This document shows, piece by piece, positions 7,751 to 17,432 of a DNA stretch of 41,612 nucleotides. The notes below the pieces were generated by a model that did no database searches, was not told the DNA's origin, and saw nothing but the letters and a program-made list of their open reading frames with translations. Origin of the DNA: Deltaproteobacteria bacterium (lineage in GTDB: Bacteria; SAR324; NAC60-12); NCBI GenBank assembly GCA_002726945.1, contig PBTB01000073.1, forward strand, positions 1 through 41,612. Reading direction: 5' to 3'. The position numbers and the translations under genes were made by a program. The first letter of the stretch is position 1, and every line of letters begins with the position of its first letter.

Positions 7751-8817
7751 GTGAAGCCGTGTCCAAAACCCCGAAAACCGAAACCCTTGAACAGCTTGGC
7801 GCAGAACTGTGCCAGCGTCGCAAGCAGGCCGGCTACTCGCTCAGTGAAGTTGCGGACGCCATTCGGATCAATCAAGAGGTGCTGAAGGCGATTGAGTCCG
7901 GTCGGGTTGACTACGGACCTGGACAGACCTTCATCCGAGGATTCATGCGCTCCTACGCCCGCTTTCTCGACATGGACCCGCAGGTGCTTCAGGAACGGCT
8001 CAACGCCATCCTGGGCACAGAAAACAAAACCGTCCCGCACCCGATCCTGCCCGTGCAGGACATCAAGAGCGACAGCCGCTCCCGGAACCGTTGGGTTTGG
8101 GTGTCTGCAACAGTCGTGATCGTGGGAGTGGCGGTTGCGTGGTATGTGATGGAGTACCAGACCAACGCCGGACCTTCGGCAGCCGCAGTCGTCGTGGAAC
8201 CAGAGCCGGCCACGGAAGCGACTCCGGAGCCGCAAACCCAAGCATCGCAGGTGACGGAAACCGCAGAGGCCATGGAGACCATTGCCGAGCAGCAGGCCGC
8301 TGTTGCTCCGGAAACCGCCGCAGAACCAAGCGCAGAGCAGACAGCCCGTTTTCCAGAAACCGTTCCTGTGGAACCGCAAACCGTTGAAGGCAGAGACACC
8401 GTTGCAGAACCGACTTCCACTTCCGAACCAACCGCGCAAGCCGAGGAGAGTGAACCCGCCGAGGCAACGGCGGCAACCCCTCAAGTCGAAGCAGCAGCGG
8501 TGATGACGAAAGAGACGATTGCCGCAGAAGCCACAGCCACAAGCATCGCGGGTGCCCAAGCCCCACCTCCCGGATTGCAACTCACGGTTGATGCCCGCGA
8601 GCAGGTGTGGATTTCGCTGGAGATTGACGGGAAAACCGGGGTGGATGTGCTGCTGGAGGCAGGAGACACCTACGAATGGGAGGCCGATGAGAGCTATGTG
8701 CTGACGGTGGGAAACGTCCGCAGCGTGGAGGTGAAGCTCAACGGCAAACCCCTGAAACTCGACCTGTCCCAAGACCTGCTGCTCAACCACGTCCTCAACG
8801 CCTCGCTCCTGAACTGA
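7747..8817 (+). CDS. rodZ: Cytoskeleton protein RodZ-like (XRE HTH + TM + DUF4115)
   Basis: N-terminal HTH (RRKQAGYSLSEVADAIRINQEVLKAIE). TM segment WVWVSATVVIVGVAVAWYV. Long E/A/T/P-rich linker. C-terminal DUF4115-like LTVDAREQVWISLEIDGK...VKLNGKPL. Confidence 0.85.
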   Translation: MSEAVSKTPKTETLEQLGAELCQRRKQAGYSLSEVADAIRINQEVLKAIESGRVDYGPGQTFIRGFMRSYARFLDMDPQVLQERLNAILGTENKTVPHPILPVQDIKSDSRSRNRWVWVSATVVIVGVAVAWYVMEYQTNAGPSAAAVVVEPEPATEATPEPQTQASQVTETAEAMETIAEQQAAVAPETAAEPSAEQTARFPETVPVEPQTVEGRDTVAEPTSTSEPTAQAEESEPAEATAATPQVEAAAVMTKETIAAEATATSIAGAQAPPPGLQLTVDAREQVWISLEIDGKTGVDVLLEAGDTYEWEADESYVLTVGNVRSVEVKLNGKPLKLDLSQDLLLNHVLNASLLN

Positions 8818-9846
8818 ATGCGCACCAGCCCTAGACGACGAGTAACGAGCAACGAGCGGGCGAACCCCGTCGACCCGCCCCAATTCCTGCATGGCAAACG
8901 CTACCGCCCGCTCAGCCAGCACTACCGTGAGCGCTTCGGCACCAAGGTCTTCAAGGTCAGCGTTTCAGCGGCCGAAACCTGTCCCAATCGCGAAGGCTTG
9001 GGCGGGATGCGTGTGTGCGTGTTCTGTGACGAATGGGGGTCCGCCGCTTACCACCAGCACCGCGATCTGCCCCTCCGCGAACAAATCCGGGTGAACCGCG
9101 AGGCGATCCGCCGCCGTTACCGAGCCGAGCGTTTTCTCGTGTACTTTCAAGCGTACACCAACACCTTTGGCCGCATCCGCATCCTCCAGCAGCTTTACGA
9201 GCAGGCCCTGGCAGAGGAAGACGTGCTGGGCGTGGTGGTGGGCACCCGTCCGGACTGCCTGCCGCGAGCGGTGCTGCGCACGATGGAGGCATTTGCCCGT
9301 GAACACTACCTTTCCGTCGAGTTGGGTGTGCAAACACTGGATGACACGCAGTTGCAGTTTCTTGCGCGAGGGCACGACTCTGCTTGTTCGCTGGCGGCGA
9401 TCCGCAAGCTCAAGGCGCTTCCGGACGTGAACCTGTGTGTCCACCTCATGTTCGGACTGCCAGGGGAGACGGATGCACAACTGCGGAAAACGGCGGAGTT
9501 GCTTTCGGAACGGGGGGTTGATGGTGTGAAGCTGCACAACCTGCACGTTTTGCAAAACACACCGTTGGAGCAGCTTTATCGGCAAGGGGAGTTTGCGCCG
9601 GTCGGTTTGGAGGAATACTCCCGCAAGGTCGCCGTTTTTCTGGAGTACCTGGCTCCGGGCATCGCAATTCATCGGTTGGCGGCAGTGGCATCGCGCTGGG
9701 ATGAACTGGTGGCTCCAGAGTGGACGCGGGAGAAGATGCGCTCCACGCAGTTCATCGAGGATCATTTGGCCGCAGCAAACACATGGCAGGGGCGTCTTTG
9801 GCCGCCCGCATTGTCGAAACAACACACTCAGCAAGGAGGGATTTGA
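8818..9846 (+). CDS. TIGR01212-family radical SAM protein
   Basis: CPNREGLGGMRVCVFCDEWGS cluster motif and overall YhcC/TIGR01212-like sequence. ATG directly abuts the rodZ stop. Confidence 0.88.
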   Translation: MRTSPRRRVTSNERANPVDPPQFLHGKRYRPLSQHYRERFGTKVFKVSVSAAETCPNREGLGGMRVCVFCDEWGSAAYHQHRDLPLREQIRVNREAIRRRYRAERFLVYFQAYTNTFGRIRILQQLYEQALAEEDVLGVVVGTRPDCLPRAVLRTMEAFAREHYLSVELGVQTLDDTQLQFLARGHDSACSLAAIRKLKALPDVNLCVHLMFGLPGETDAQLRKTAELLSERGVDGVKLHNLHVLQNTPLEQLYRQGEFAPVGLEEYSRKVAVFLEYLAPGIAIHRLAAVASRWDELVAPEWTREKMRSTQFIEDHLAAANTWQGRLWPPALSKQHTQQGGI

Positions 9847-10199
9847 CGCTGGAAGGAGAGGATTGGGTCGCAAAAATCATCGAAGTCGCCCGCAACGCAA
9901 AAGCCCACAACATGGTGCAGTTCGACGTGCGGGGCAAATCTGTACTCACCGATTACGTGCTCATTTGTGAAGGGCGCTCACAGGCGCATGGCCGGGGGGT
10001 GTGCGAACGGGTGCGCGAAGGACTCAAGGACGTTGGGGTGCGCCCGGAGGGGTTGGAAGGCGAGCGCGAAGGGAATTGGATTCTGATGGACTACGGCGCT
10101 GCACTGCTCCACATCTTCCATCCGGAAATCCGCAGCTACTACGATTTGGAAAAACTGCATGTGGGCTGTCCTATGACGACTTGGGAAGACGAGGAGTAG
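9843..10199 (+). CDS. rsfS: Ribosome silencing factor RsfS (iojap/YbeB family)
   Basis: DVRGKSVLTDYVLICEGRSQAH...WILMDYGAALLHIFHPEIRSYYDLEKL. ORF track 9720..10199. Proposed TTG start at 9843 overlaps the upstream TGA. Start uncertain. Confidence 0.85.
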   Translation: MTLEGEDWVAKIIEVARNAKAHNMVQFDVRGKSVLTDYVLICEGRSQAHGRGVCERVREGLKDVGVRPEGLEGEREGNWILMDYGAALLHIFHPEIRSYYDLEKLHVGCPMTTWEDEE

Positions 10200-11213
10200 A
10201 TGCCGTCCGGAGCCGTAGCGGTGGGGGCTGTCCGGAGGGCGCCCGTAGTTCCGGATTGGCGAACGGCGCTTGCTGAACTGCAGCTGCACTCGCGGGTGCG
10301 CTGGGACGAGTCACTGAAACGCCTCAACACTTGGCGCATTGGGGGCGCGGCGGATTGCGTGGTTGATGTGCAGTCGCTGGATGATCTCGCGCAGCTCCTG
10401 CCCTTCATCCGGGAGCAGCGGGTATCGTGGGCAGTGATTGGCAAGGGATCGAACCTGCTGGTGCCGGACGAGGGCTGGCGGGGGCTTGTGCTGCACTTGG
10501 GCAAGGGCTTTAAGGGTTGGGCACCGTTGGAAGCCCCCCGGACGGTGCGGGTCGGTGCGGCGCTTGCCGATGTGACCTTTGCCCAGCGTTGTATCGAACC
10601 CGGTTGGGGCGGGATGGAATTTCTCGTCGGGGTTCCCGGAACCATTGGGGGCGCAGTGGCAATGAACGCTGGAGCGCACGGTGGTGAAAGCGTGGATTTC
10701 CTCCGGGAGGTCTGGTGGCTGGACATGGGCGGCAACTTACGTCACGCTCCTGCCGAGGCCATTGAATTCCGCTATCGTTTTTCGGAACTCAACGCCCACA
10801 ACGGAGTGGTCGTGACCCACGCCACTTTCGAGCTGCGTGAATCCCAACCTCCGGAAGTCCGCAAACAAGTGGACGCCTGCTTGCGCTTCCGGGAGGAAAA
10901 GCAACCGCGCAACCAACCTAACTGCGGTTCTGTCTTCAAGAATCCGGAGGGCGGCCACGCGGCTCGGTTGATCGAGGTGTCCGGACTCAAGGGTGCGGTG
11001 CGCGGCGGAATGCAGATCAGTCCGCTGCACGCGAACTTCATCGTTAACCGAGGCGAGGGTACGGCAGCGGACGCACTCGCCCTGATTGAGCAGGCGCAGG
11101 AGCGCGTATTCCGGGATCATGGCATCCGTTTGGAACTGGAAGTGCAGCACCTCAAGCGCTTGCCTTTTGAAACGCTTGTGCCGCCTCCGGCGTCATCCAG
11201 TCCTGTTTCCTAA
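10200..11213 (+). CDS. murB: UDP-N-acetylenolpyruvoylglucosamine reductase MurB
   Basis: FAD-binding N-terminus (WRIGGAADCVVDV..., GKGSNLLV) and MurB C-terminal domain (SVFKNPEG...AARLIE). ATG abuts the rsfS stop, preceded by GAGGAG. Confidence 0.92.
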   Translation: MPSGAVAVGAVRRAPVVPDWRTALAELQLHSRVRWDESLKRLNTWRIGGAADCVVDVQSLDDLAQLLPFIREQRVSWAVIGKGSNLLVPDEGWRGLVLHLGKGFKGWAPLEAPRTVRVGAALADVTFAQRCIEPGWGGMEFLVGVPGTIGGAVAMNAGAHGGESVDFLREVWWLDMGGNLRHAPAEAIEFRYRFSELNAHNGVVVTHATFELRESQPPEVRKQVDACLRFREEKQPRNQPNCGSVFKNPEGGHAARLIEVSGLKGAVRGGMQISPLHANFIVNRGEGTAADALALIEQAQERVFRDHGIRLELEVQHLKRLPFETLVPPPASSSPVS

Positions 11214-11246
11214 CCCGCATTGCAGCAAGGACGCTGCAAGCCATCC

Positions 11247-12197
11247 ATGCAGGATCTGAAAGCATACACCAACCGACGAACGACCCGCCATCCGAAGTCG
11301 CGCGTACGACTCAACCTCAAAGGGGGTGAGTCTGCGGTGATCGCAGGTCCGGCAAAACGCCGCACCCACGTCATCTCACCACTGTCGAAACCGTTCTGGA
11401 CGCGGCTGTTTGCAACGGACGATCCGGTTGAGTTGCGGTACCTCATCCGGGGGTTGATGCTGACCCTCAGTTCCACGTTGGTGCTGGCTGCAGTGGGCTG
11501 GATGGCCTGGGGCACCGCACTGGTGGCGATCCCCTACTTTCAGCAACCCCTTAAAGACATCCGCATTCATGGACTGCATCGGCTCACCGAGCAGGAACTG
11601 TTAAGCGGAGTTGGCCTGAAGCCCGGAGAGGCCCTACTCAACATCGACCCCTACGAACTCGCCACCCGGCTGCGGGCGCATCCATTGGTCCACGAGGTGG
11701 ACTTGCGCCGTCAGTTCCCCCATCGTCTGCACCTGAGCATTCAGGAACATCAACCCGCAGCTCGCCTGCAAGTGGCCAACGAGGTGTTCCTGATCGATTC
11801 TGAACAGCGCGTCCTCCAGCGCATCGCCACTGGGCGTTTTTCTGCGGAGGATGCCCGCCTCCTCTTGGTCACGGGGCTGCGCCCCCAAGCCTTGCAACCC
11901 GGAATGCAACTGCAATCTTCAGTGCTGGCGCAGGGACTGAAGATTTTGCACGAACTCGCCGCGATGCCACAGGATGCCCGCACGGTGTTGAGGGTGGATT
12001 TGTCGGAACCACAGAACCTCAAGCTGGTGGTCTCGGTGGACGGAAGTCGCAGGCCCTTGGAGGTGCAGCTTGGGGGATTCGGGTTTGCCAACCGTGTGGA
12101 GCAGTTCCGGAAGCTCTACCCCTCGTTGCTGGGGACACTGAAGAAACCACAGATGGTCGATCTCCGACACCCCGACCGTGTGAGTCTGCTCCAGTGA
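11247..12197 (+). CDS. ftsQ: Cell division protein FtsQ (POTRA domain)
   Basis: Single TM (LMLTLSSTLVLAAVGWMAW), then POTRA-like IRIHGLHRLTEQELLSGVGLKPGEALLNID...VDLRRQFPHRLHLSIQEHQP. ORF track starts at TTG 11220. First ATG is at 11247. Confidence 0.82.
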   Translation: MQDLKAYTNRRTTRHPKSRVRLNLKGGESAVIAGPAKRRTHVISPLSKPFWTRLFATDDPVELRYLIRGLMLTLSSTLVLAAVGWMAWGTALVAIPYFQQPLKDIRIHGLHRLTEQELLSGVGLKPGEALLNIDPYELATRLRAHPLVHEVDLRRQFPHRLHLSIQEHQPAARLQVANEVFLIDSEQRVLQRIATGRFSAEDARLLLVTGLRPQALQPGMQLQSSVLAQGLKILHELAAMPQDARTVLRVDLSEPQNLKLVVSVDGSRRPLEVQLGGFGFANRVEQFRKLYPSLLGTLKKPQMVDLRHPDRVSLLQ

Positions 12198-13744
12198 GCG
12201 ACGCCGATGGCGATACTGGATTGCTGGAGGGGTTGATCCAGCAGAACCTGCTCAATGAGGAGTTGCTGGGGCAGCTTGGCGAGCATGCCGACCGACTTCC
12301 CGATTTGGAGCAGCTTCGGCAGTTGCTGAGGATGGAACTGCTTGCCGAAGACGCCCTCCTGCCCATGCTCTCCGAACGCTATGGCCTGCCCTTGCTTGCA
12401 GAGTCAACGGCTTGCCTGTCCCCATTTCCGGAGGCGGACCGCTGCCGCGAGGTTTACGCGCAAACCGGTATCGTACTCATGGGGGAGGAGGAGGCACGGA
12501 TTGGGGTGTTGACGGTGCAAGCGGACTGGCTCGCCATGAATCGGTTGGAGTTGGAGTCTGGAAGCCCGATCCAGTGGCGACTGACCTCCCACGCCCGCTT
12601 GAGTTGGTTGGTGGCCACGATGGCCCACCCGCAGCGCCCGCAGAACGCATCCGCGATTGAGGCGGCGGCACCCAAGCTCCAGTCGCTGTTGGAAGAGGCG
12701 GTTCATCACAGGAGTTCGGACATCCATTTGGAGTCGGTGCCGGAGGGAGTGCAGGTGCGTTTTCGGGTGGACGGCATTCTTCAGCCCGGCCCGCTGCTTC
12801 CAAAGCCGCTCCAGCCTTCGCTCTTCTCCCACATCAAGCTGCTGGCGGGCATGGATATCGCCATCCGGAGGCGCCCACAGGATGGGCATTCCACCTACCA
12901 CGCCCGCAGTGGCCGGGAGTTTGACCTGCGGGTTTCGAGTATGCCCGGAATCAACGGGGAAAAGCTGGTGTTGCGACTGCTCGACCAAATGCCCGTGCAG
13001 CATCGGCTGGAAGCTCTGGGCTTTCTCAAGCAAGATATGAAGGTGCTGGAACAAGCCAGCCAGACAACTCATGGGCTGATCCTCATGGTGGGACCGACGG
13101 GCAGTGGCAAGACGACCACGCTCTATGCGATTCTCAACGCGCTCAACTCCCGCGAACGCCACATTTTCACGATTGAAAACCCGGTCGAATATCAGGTTTC
13201 CGGAATCACTCAAGTATCGGTGAATCCGGAGCAGGGGTTGGGCTTTGCCGAGGCGCTGCGGGCTTCCTTGCGACAGGATCCCGACGTGATTTTGGTCGGG
13301 GAGATTCGAGACGAGGAAACCGCAGAGGTGGCTGTCAAGGCTGCACTGACCGGTCACTTGGTGTTGTCCACGCTCCACAGCGGCGATGCCGTGACGGCCG
13401 TGCAGCGTCTGTTGAACTTGGGAATTGCGAGTGACCTGCTCGCGGACACACTCACGCTGATTGTTTCACAGCGACTGGTCCGGAAACTCTGTCCGCATGA
13501 GGAGGAAAGTCCCGACTGCCCGCGCTGTCAGGGAACCGGCTATGCCGGGCGGATTCCGGTGTACGAGTTGCTGCGGGTCAATCGGCTGGTGCGGGACCGC
13601 ATCCGCGAGGGGCACACCGGACGGGAACTGGTGGATCCACATGAGGATTTACACTTTCAGACGATGGAACAGACCGCCCAAAGGCTAGTGCAGGAGCAAC
13701 TGACAAACTGGCGGGAGGTGCGGCCCTTGCTGCTGGCGACATAG
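12194..13744 (+). CDS. GspE/PilB-family secretion ATPase (T2SS/type IV pilus assembly type) with T2SSE_N-like N-terminal domain
   Basis: Walker A GPTGSGKTTT, Asp box and Walker B ILVGEIRDEETA, His box LTGHLVLSTLH, partial Cys cluster LCPHEEESPDCPRCQGTGYAGR. GTG start overlaps the ftsQ stop (GTGA). Confidence 0.88.
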   Translation: MSDADGDTGLLEGLIQQNLLNEELLGQLGEHADRLPDLEQLRQLLRMELLAEDALLPMLSERYGLPLLAESTACLSPFPEADRCREVYAQTGIVLMGEEEARIGVLTVQADWLAMNRLELESGSPIQWRLTSHARLSWLVATMAHPQRPQNASAIEAAAPKLQSLLEEAVHHRSSDIHLESVPEGVQVRFRVDGILQPGPLLPKPLQPSLFSHIKLLAGMDIAIRRRPQDGHSTYHARSGREFDLRVSSMPGINGEKLVLRLLDQMPVQHRLEALGFLKQDMKVLEQASQTTHGLILMVGPTGSGKTTTLYAILNALNSRERHIFTIENPVEYQVSGITQVSVNPEQGLGFAEALRASLRQDPDVILVGEIRDEETAEVAVKAALTGHLVLSTLHSGDAVTAVQRLLNLGIASDLLADTLTLIVSQRLVRKLCPHEEESPDCPRCQGTGYAGRIPVYELLRVNRLVRDRIREGHTGRELVDPHEDLHFQTMEQTAQRLVQEQLTNWREVRPLLLAT

Positions 13745-14072
13745 TGCAATCCGCTTCCGGCACCACCAGTTCCACAAGCGCGTTGTGGATGTGCCTGCGG
13801 TCTGCCTCTGTCATACGCTTGTAAGTCATATCGTCCTTCAGGTGTTCGATCACACGAAGAACATAACTTACCGCGGGGCCTTTTCATACAACAGGTGTTG
13901 CAATAGCCGGTGGAATGCGGGTCCGGTTTCCGCTCCCGATACTGGCGATCGGGAAGGATTTCACCCCAACTTGAAGCAGAAAGCGTTTTAGTCCCCAAGG
14001 CATCTACATTTTACCCGTTTTTGGTGTCCATCCAAATCGGGCACACCTGAGTGAAGCGTAGCGTAGCTACCG

Positions 14073-14807
14073 TCAGTAACTTACGCGCAAAAACTCCTCG
14101 GCTTGCGGCACGTCTTCCGGGACATCCACCCCAACACCTTCATGCTGAGCTTCCACGCAGAGCAGTTTTTCCCCGTGTTCAAGGATGCGGAGTTGCTCTA
14201 GTTGTTCGGTCTGCTCCAACGGAGTCTGCGGCCAGGCGTGGTAGCGCAGCAGAAACTCGCGCCGAAAGAGGTACACGCCGAGATGCCGCCAGGCGACAGG
14301 GGGCGTCTCCGACACTTTGCGCGGAAAAGGAATGGACGAGCGTGAGAAGTAGAGGGCGTTGCCGTCCGGCGCAACCACGGCTTTGACGATATTGGGGTCT
14401 TGGATTTTGGCGGGATCGCTGATCCGGAAGACCAGTGTTGCGGCCTGCACGTCCGGAGTGGCCTGCGTGGTTTCGATGAGGCGGGAGAGGTCGTTTCCAT
14501 CAATCGCGGGTTCGTCGCCCTGCACGTTCAACACCCACTCGGCGTCACGTCCCTCGATGGCTTCGACGATGCGGTCCGTGCCTGTTTGATGGTTCGGACT
14601 TGTCAGTAGCGCTTCCACGCCAACAGCCTGTACTGCCTCCAAGATGCGCTCATCGTCCGTAGCGACCAGCACGTTGTCAATCCCAGAAACACAGGAGACC
14701 CGCTCGCAGACGTGCTGGATCATCGGCTTGCCTGCAATCAACGCAAGCGACTTGCCTGGAAAGCGTGTGGAAGCGTAGCGGGCAGGGATAACTGCAAGAA
14801 CACTCAT
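14073..14807 (-). CDS. kdsB: 3-deoxy-manno-octulosonate cytidylyltransferase (CMP-KDO synthetase)
   Basis: VLAVIPARYASTRFPGKSLALIAGKPMIQHV, NVQGDEP. ATG at 14805-14807 overlaps the upstream gene stop (ATGA). ORF track 14073..14846. Confidence 0.92.
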   Translation of the reverse strand: MSVLAVIPARYASTRFPGKSLALIAGKPMIQHVCERVSCVSGIDNVLVATDDERILEAVQAVGVEALLTSPNHQTGTDRIVEAIEGRDAEWVLNVQGDEPAIDGNDLSRLIETTQATPDVQAATLVFRISDPAKIQDPNIVKAVVAPDGNALYFSRSSIPFPRKVSETPPVAWRHLGVYLFRREFLLRYHAWPQTPLEQTEQLEQLRILEHGEKLLCVEAQHEGVGVDVPEDVPQAEEFLRVSY

Positions 14808-15460
14808 CCCGGTTTCTGGATACAGAAAACGTGTTCCTCCAGCCACGCCAAGCCACGCCGGACCATCAGTGGTTCGGTCTCAGCGGTGTGGAAAACCCTC
14901 CCCAGTCGTTGCACATTGGTTTCTCCTCCAAACAACTCCGCAATTTCTTTGGGAGACACACAGTAGGGCGGCCCCTGTTCCAGGGCTTGGGGACCATGCA
15001 AGGTGATGAGTAAAATCACACCTTCGGGTTCAAGCAGGGAAAGCAGGCGAGTGGCGTAATCCGGACGTTCCTGTGGGGGGAGTGCAATCAAGGCAGCGCG
15101 GTCATAAATGGCCGGAAAGGTTCCGGCAAGTTCTGGAGTGAGTTCAAAGAAATCTCCCTCAATCACCGTGATTCTTCCAGATTGGTACCGTTTCAGGGGT
15201 CCCATTGTTTCAGAATTGGAGTCCAGCTTTTGTTCAGCAAAAAATGCTGTGACCGCCGCCGGGACCAGTTCATTTCCAACCACTTCAGGAACCCGCTCTG
15301 CCAGCCACGGCAGGTCCACGCTTTTACCACAAAGTGGAACAAACACGCGGTTTGGATTCTTGGCAAGCAACACCTTGGTGTGTTGCACAAGAATGGGTTG
15401 GACCTCTGTTTTGTGAAAACCAATCCGCCCCTCGCGCCAGCGTAGATCCCACTCTCCCAT
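14804..15460 (-). CDS. Thiopurine S-methyltransferase-family SAM-dependent methyltransferase
   Basis: WDLRWREGRIGFHKTEVQPILVQH...VFVPLCGKSVDLPWLAE...IYDRAALIALPP is typical of the TPMT family. Confidence 0.85.
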   Translation of the reverse strand: MGEWDLRWREGRIGFHKTEVQPILVQHTKVLLAKNPNRVFVPLCGKSVDLPWLAERVPEVVGNELVPAAVTAFFAEQKLDSNSETMGPLKRYQSGRITVIEGDFFELTPELAGTFPAIYDRAALIALPPQERPDYATRLLSLLEPEGVILLITLHGPQALEQGPPYCVSPKEIAELFGGETNVQRLGRVFHTAETEPLMVRRGLAWLEEHVFCIQKPG

Positions 15461-15466
15461 ACGATG

Positions 15467-16144
15467 CTACAACTCCAATTTTGAGCGCAGCACCCGGCGG
15501 TCGCTTGGTTTCAGATGCTCGTGGCGCCACTGGTGCCACGGCACCACATAGGCATCCTCAAAGGTGGACAACACCTCATCAACGAGCGTGGTGATTTCGG
15601 ATTTCAGCACCTCGGTCTCCAAAACATCCGATCCCAACTGAATGTTCTTGCGAGTGCGCAGCACAACCTTGTCGGAGGTGGGTTCCCGCAGGATGAAGCG
15701 GACGAGCAGTTGCTCTGGACCCTTGCACGCCTTCGTGCAGGGATAAACCTCCACCTGAAAAACGAGGAACTGCTCCACGCCTAGCCTCGGCATGAGTCGG
15801 TTCGCAAGAGCTCGGTCCGAGATGCCAGTGAGGATGAGCGTGGTCCGGTAGAGCCGCAGATCGGTGCGGAGCCCGGGGCTGGCCTTGAGGCGCTGTTGCT
15901 GCTGCTCCGGAGTCAGCAGAACCCGGAATGCCTTGTGTTGTGACAGTTGCACCTGCACCTGCGACACCAGCGTTTCCCACGCCTCCGCGTCCAGTTGCAA
16001 GGGCCGGGAGTGAATGAACAGCGCAGTGGGCTTGCGGATATGCGGGAGCAAATCGGATTGCGATTGCACCGCCACACCTTGGCAGCTTACAAGCAGGGTG
16101 ATCGCGGAGCAAGCGTTGATCCAGTTGAGAAGGCAACGTTTCAT
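15467..16144 (-). CDS. Hypothetical lipoprotein
   Basis: MKRCLLNWINACSAITLLVSC carries a lipobox-like LVSC. No recognisable domain. ATG at 16144 chosen inside ORF 15467..16180. Confidence 0.6.
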   Translation of the reverse strand: MKRCLLNWINACSAITLLVSCQGVAVQSQSDLLPHIRKPTALFIHSRPLQLDAEAWETLVSQVQVQLSQHKAFRVLLTPEQQQQRLKASPGLRTDLRLYRTTLILTGISDRALANRLMPRLGVEQFLVFQVEVYPCTKACKGPEQLLVRFILREPTSDKVVLRTRKNIQLGSDVLETEVLKSEITTLVDEVLSTFEDAYVVPWHQWRHEHLKPSDRRVLRSKLEL

Positions 16145-16261
16145 ACCGAACAAGCTACTGGACTCCCCGGAACCAATCAAGCGGGGACGAAGCCGCTTGT
16201 GCTTTGATCGCCCACTTCGTACCTTGCACGATTGTCAATCTTAACCGAAACGGCGGATTTT

Positions 16262-17366
16262 ATGCTTTCCGAGGAGCTCAGTGTGCAAGTCAACGAACTT
16301 GCTGAACGGCTGACCAGCCTAGAAGGGTATCTTTGACGTTGCGGACAAACGCAAGCGTCTCGATGAACTGAAAGAAACCTCCACCCAGCCGGACTTCTGG
16401 GAACAACCCGCAGCACAGCGCACGGGGGTGCTGAAGGAGTCCGCCCAACTTGAAGGCACGCTCACGGACTGGAAGGCGCTGGAGGAGTTGCATGAGAACC
16501 TCGCCACCGCTGTTGAACTGTATGAGGAGGAGGAGGACGCGGAACTGCTCGCCGAGATCGAGCAGGACTGCCGTAAGCTCTCCGGAAGTGTGGATTCCAT
16601 GGAAATCCTCAGCCTCTTTTCTGGAGAACACGACACCAGCGATGCGATTGTCGCCATCCATCCCGGTGCGGGCGGCACGGAATCGACGGATTGGGCGAGT
16701 ATGCTCTACGAGATGTACCGCCGCTGGGCCACCGATGAGGAGTACAAGCTTCAGGAACTCGACCGACTTCCAGGCGAGGAAGCGGGCATCAAATCCGTGA
16801 CCTTCTCAGTTCAAGGGTACCACGCCTACGGTAAGCTCAAGACGGAGATCGGGGTGCATCGTCTTGTACGCATCTCCCCCTTTGACGCACAAAAACGGCG
16901 GCACACCTCCTTTGCGTCCGTTTTTGTCTATGCCGATATTGAGGAGGACATCGACATTGATATCAAGACCGATGACCTCAAGGTGGACACCTACCGTGCC
17001 AGCGGCGCGGGCGGTCAGCACGTCAACACCACCGATTCCGCCGTGCGTATCACGCACCTGCCCTCCGGAATCGTGGTGCAGTGTCAGAACGAACGTTCGC
17101 AGCACAAGAACCGCTCAACCGCGATGAAGATGCTCAAGGCGCGACTCTTTGACTTGGAGGTGCAGGAGCGCAACAAGGAGAAGGACGTACAGAACGCGCA
17201 GAAACGCGACATCGCCTGGGGCAGCCAAATCCGCAGTTACGTCCTCCATCCCTACCAGATGGTGAAGGACCACCGCACCAACTGGGAAGCCGGCAACGCC
17301 CAAGGGGTGCTGCAAGGTGCACTCAACCCCTTCATCAAGGCGGCGCTTTCGCAGAAGGTATGTTGA
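16262..17366 (+). CDS. prfB: Peptide chain release factor 2, expressed through a +1 programmed ribosomal frameshift
   Basis: Frame 0: ATG 16262 ...TSLEGYL, then in-frame TGA at 16334-16336 within TAT CTT TGA C. Shifting +1 (CTT GAC) reads DVADKRKRLDEL... into ORF 16428..17366. That ORF carries SPF and GGQ motifs. Confidence 0.93.
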
Positions 17367-17432
17367 ATGGGTGGCTCATGTCTCGAATTTCAATAAGTAG
17401 CCCATTTTCTTTTCTCTAAACAAGGTTGAAGC

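Noticed and set aside
13745-14072. tRNA or SRP RNA in the convergent spacer. GTTCGATC resembles a T-loop and GGGAAGGA...GAAGCAG resembles SRP domain IV.
   Set aside because: The sequences flanking the T-loop-like motif do not form a T-stem. The SRP-like string lacks the conserved GGUCCGGAAGGAAGCAGCC context and complementary strand.
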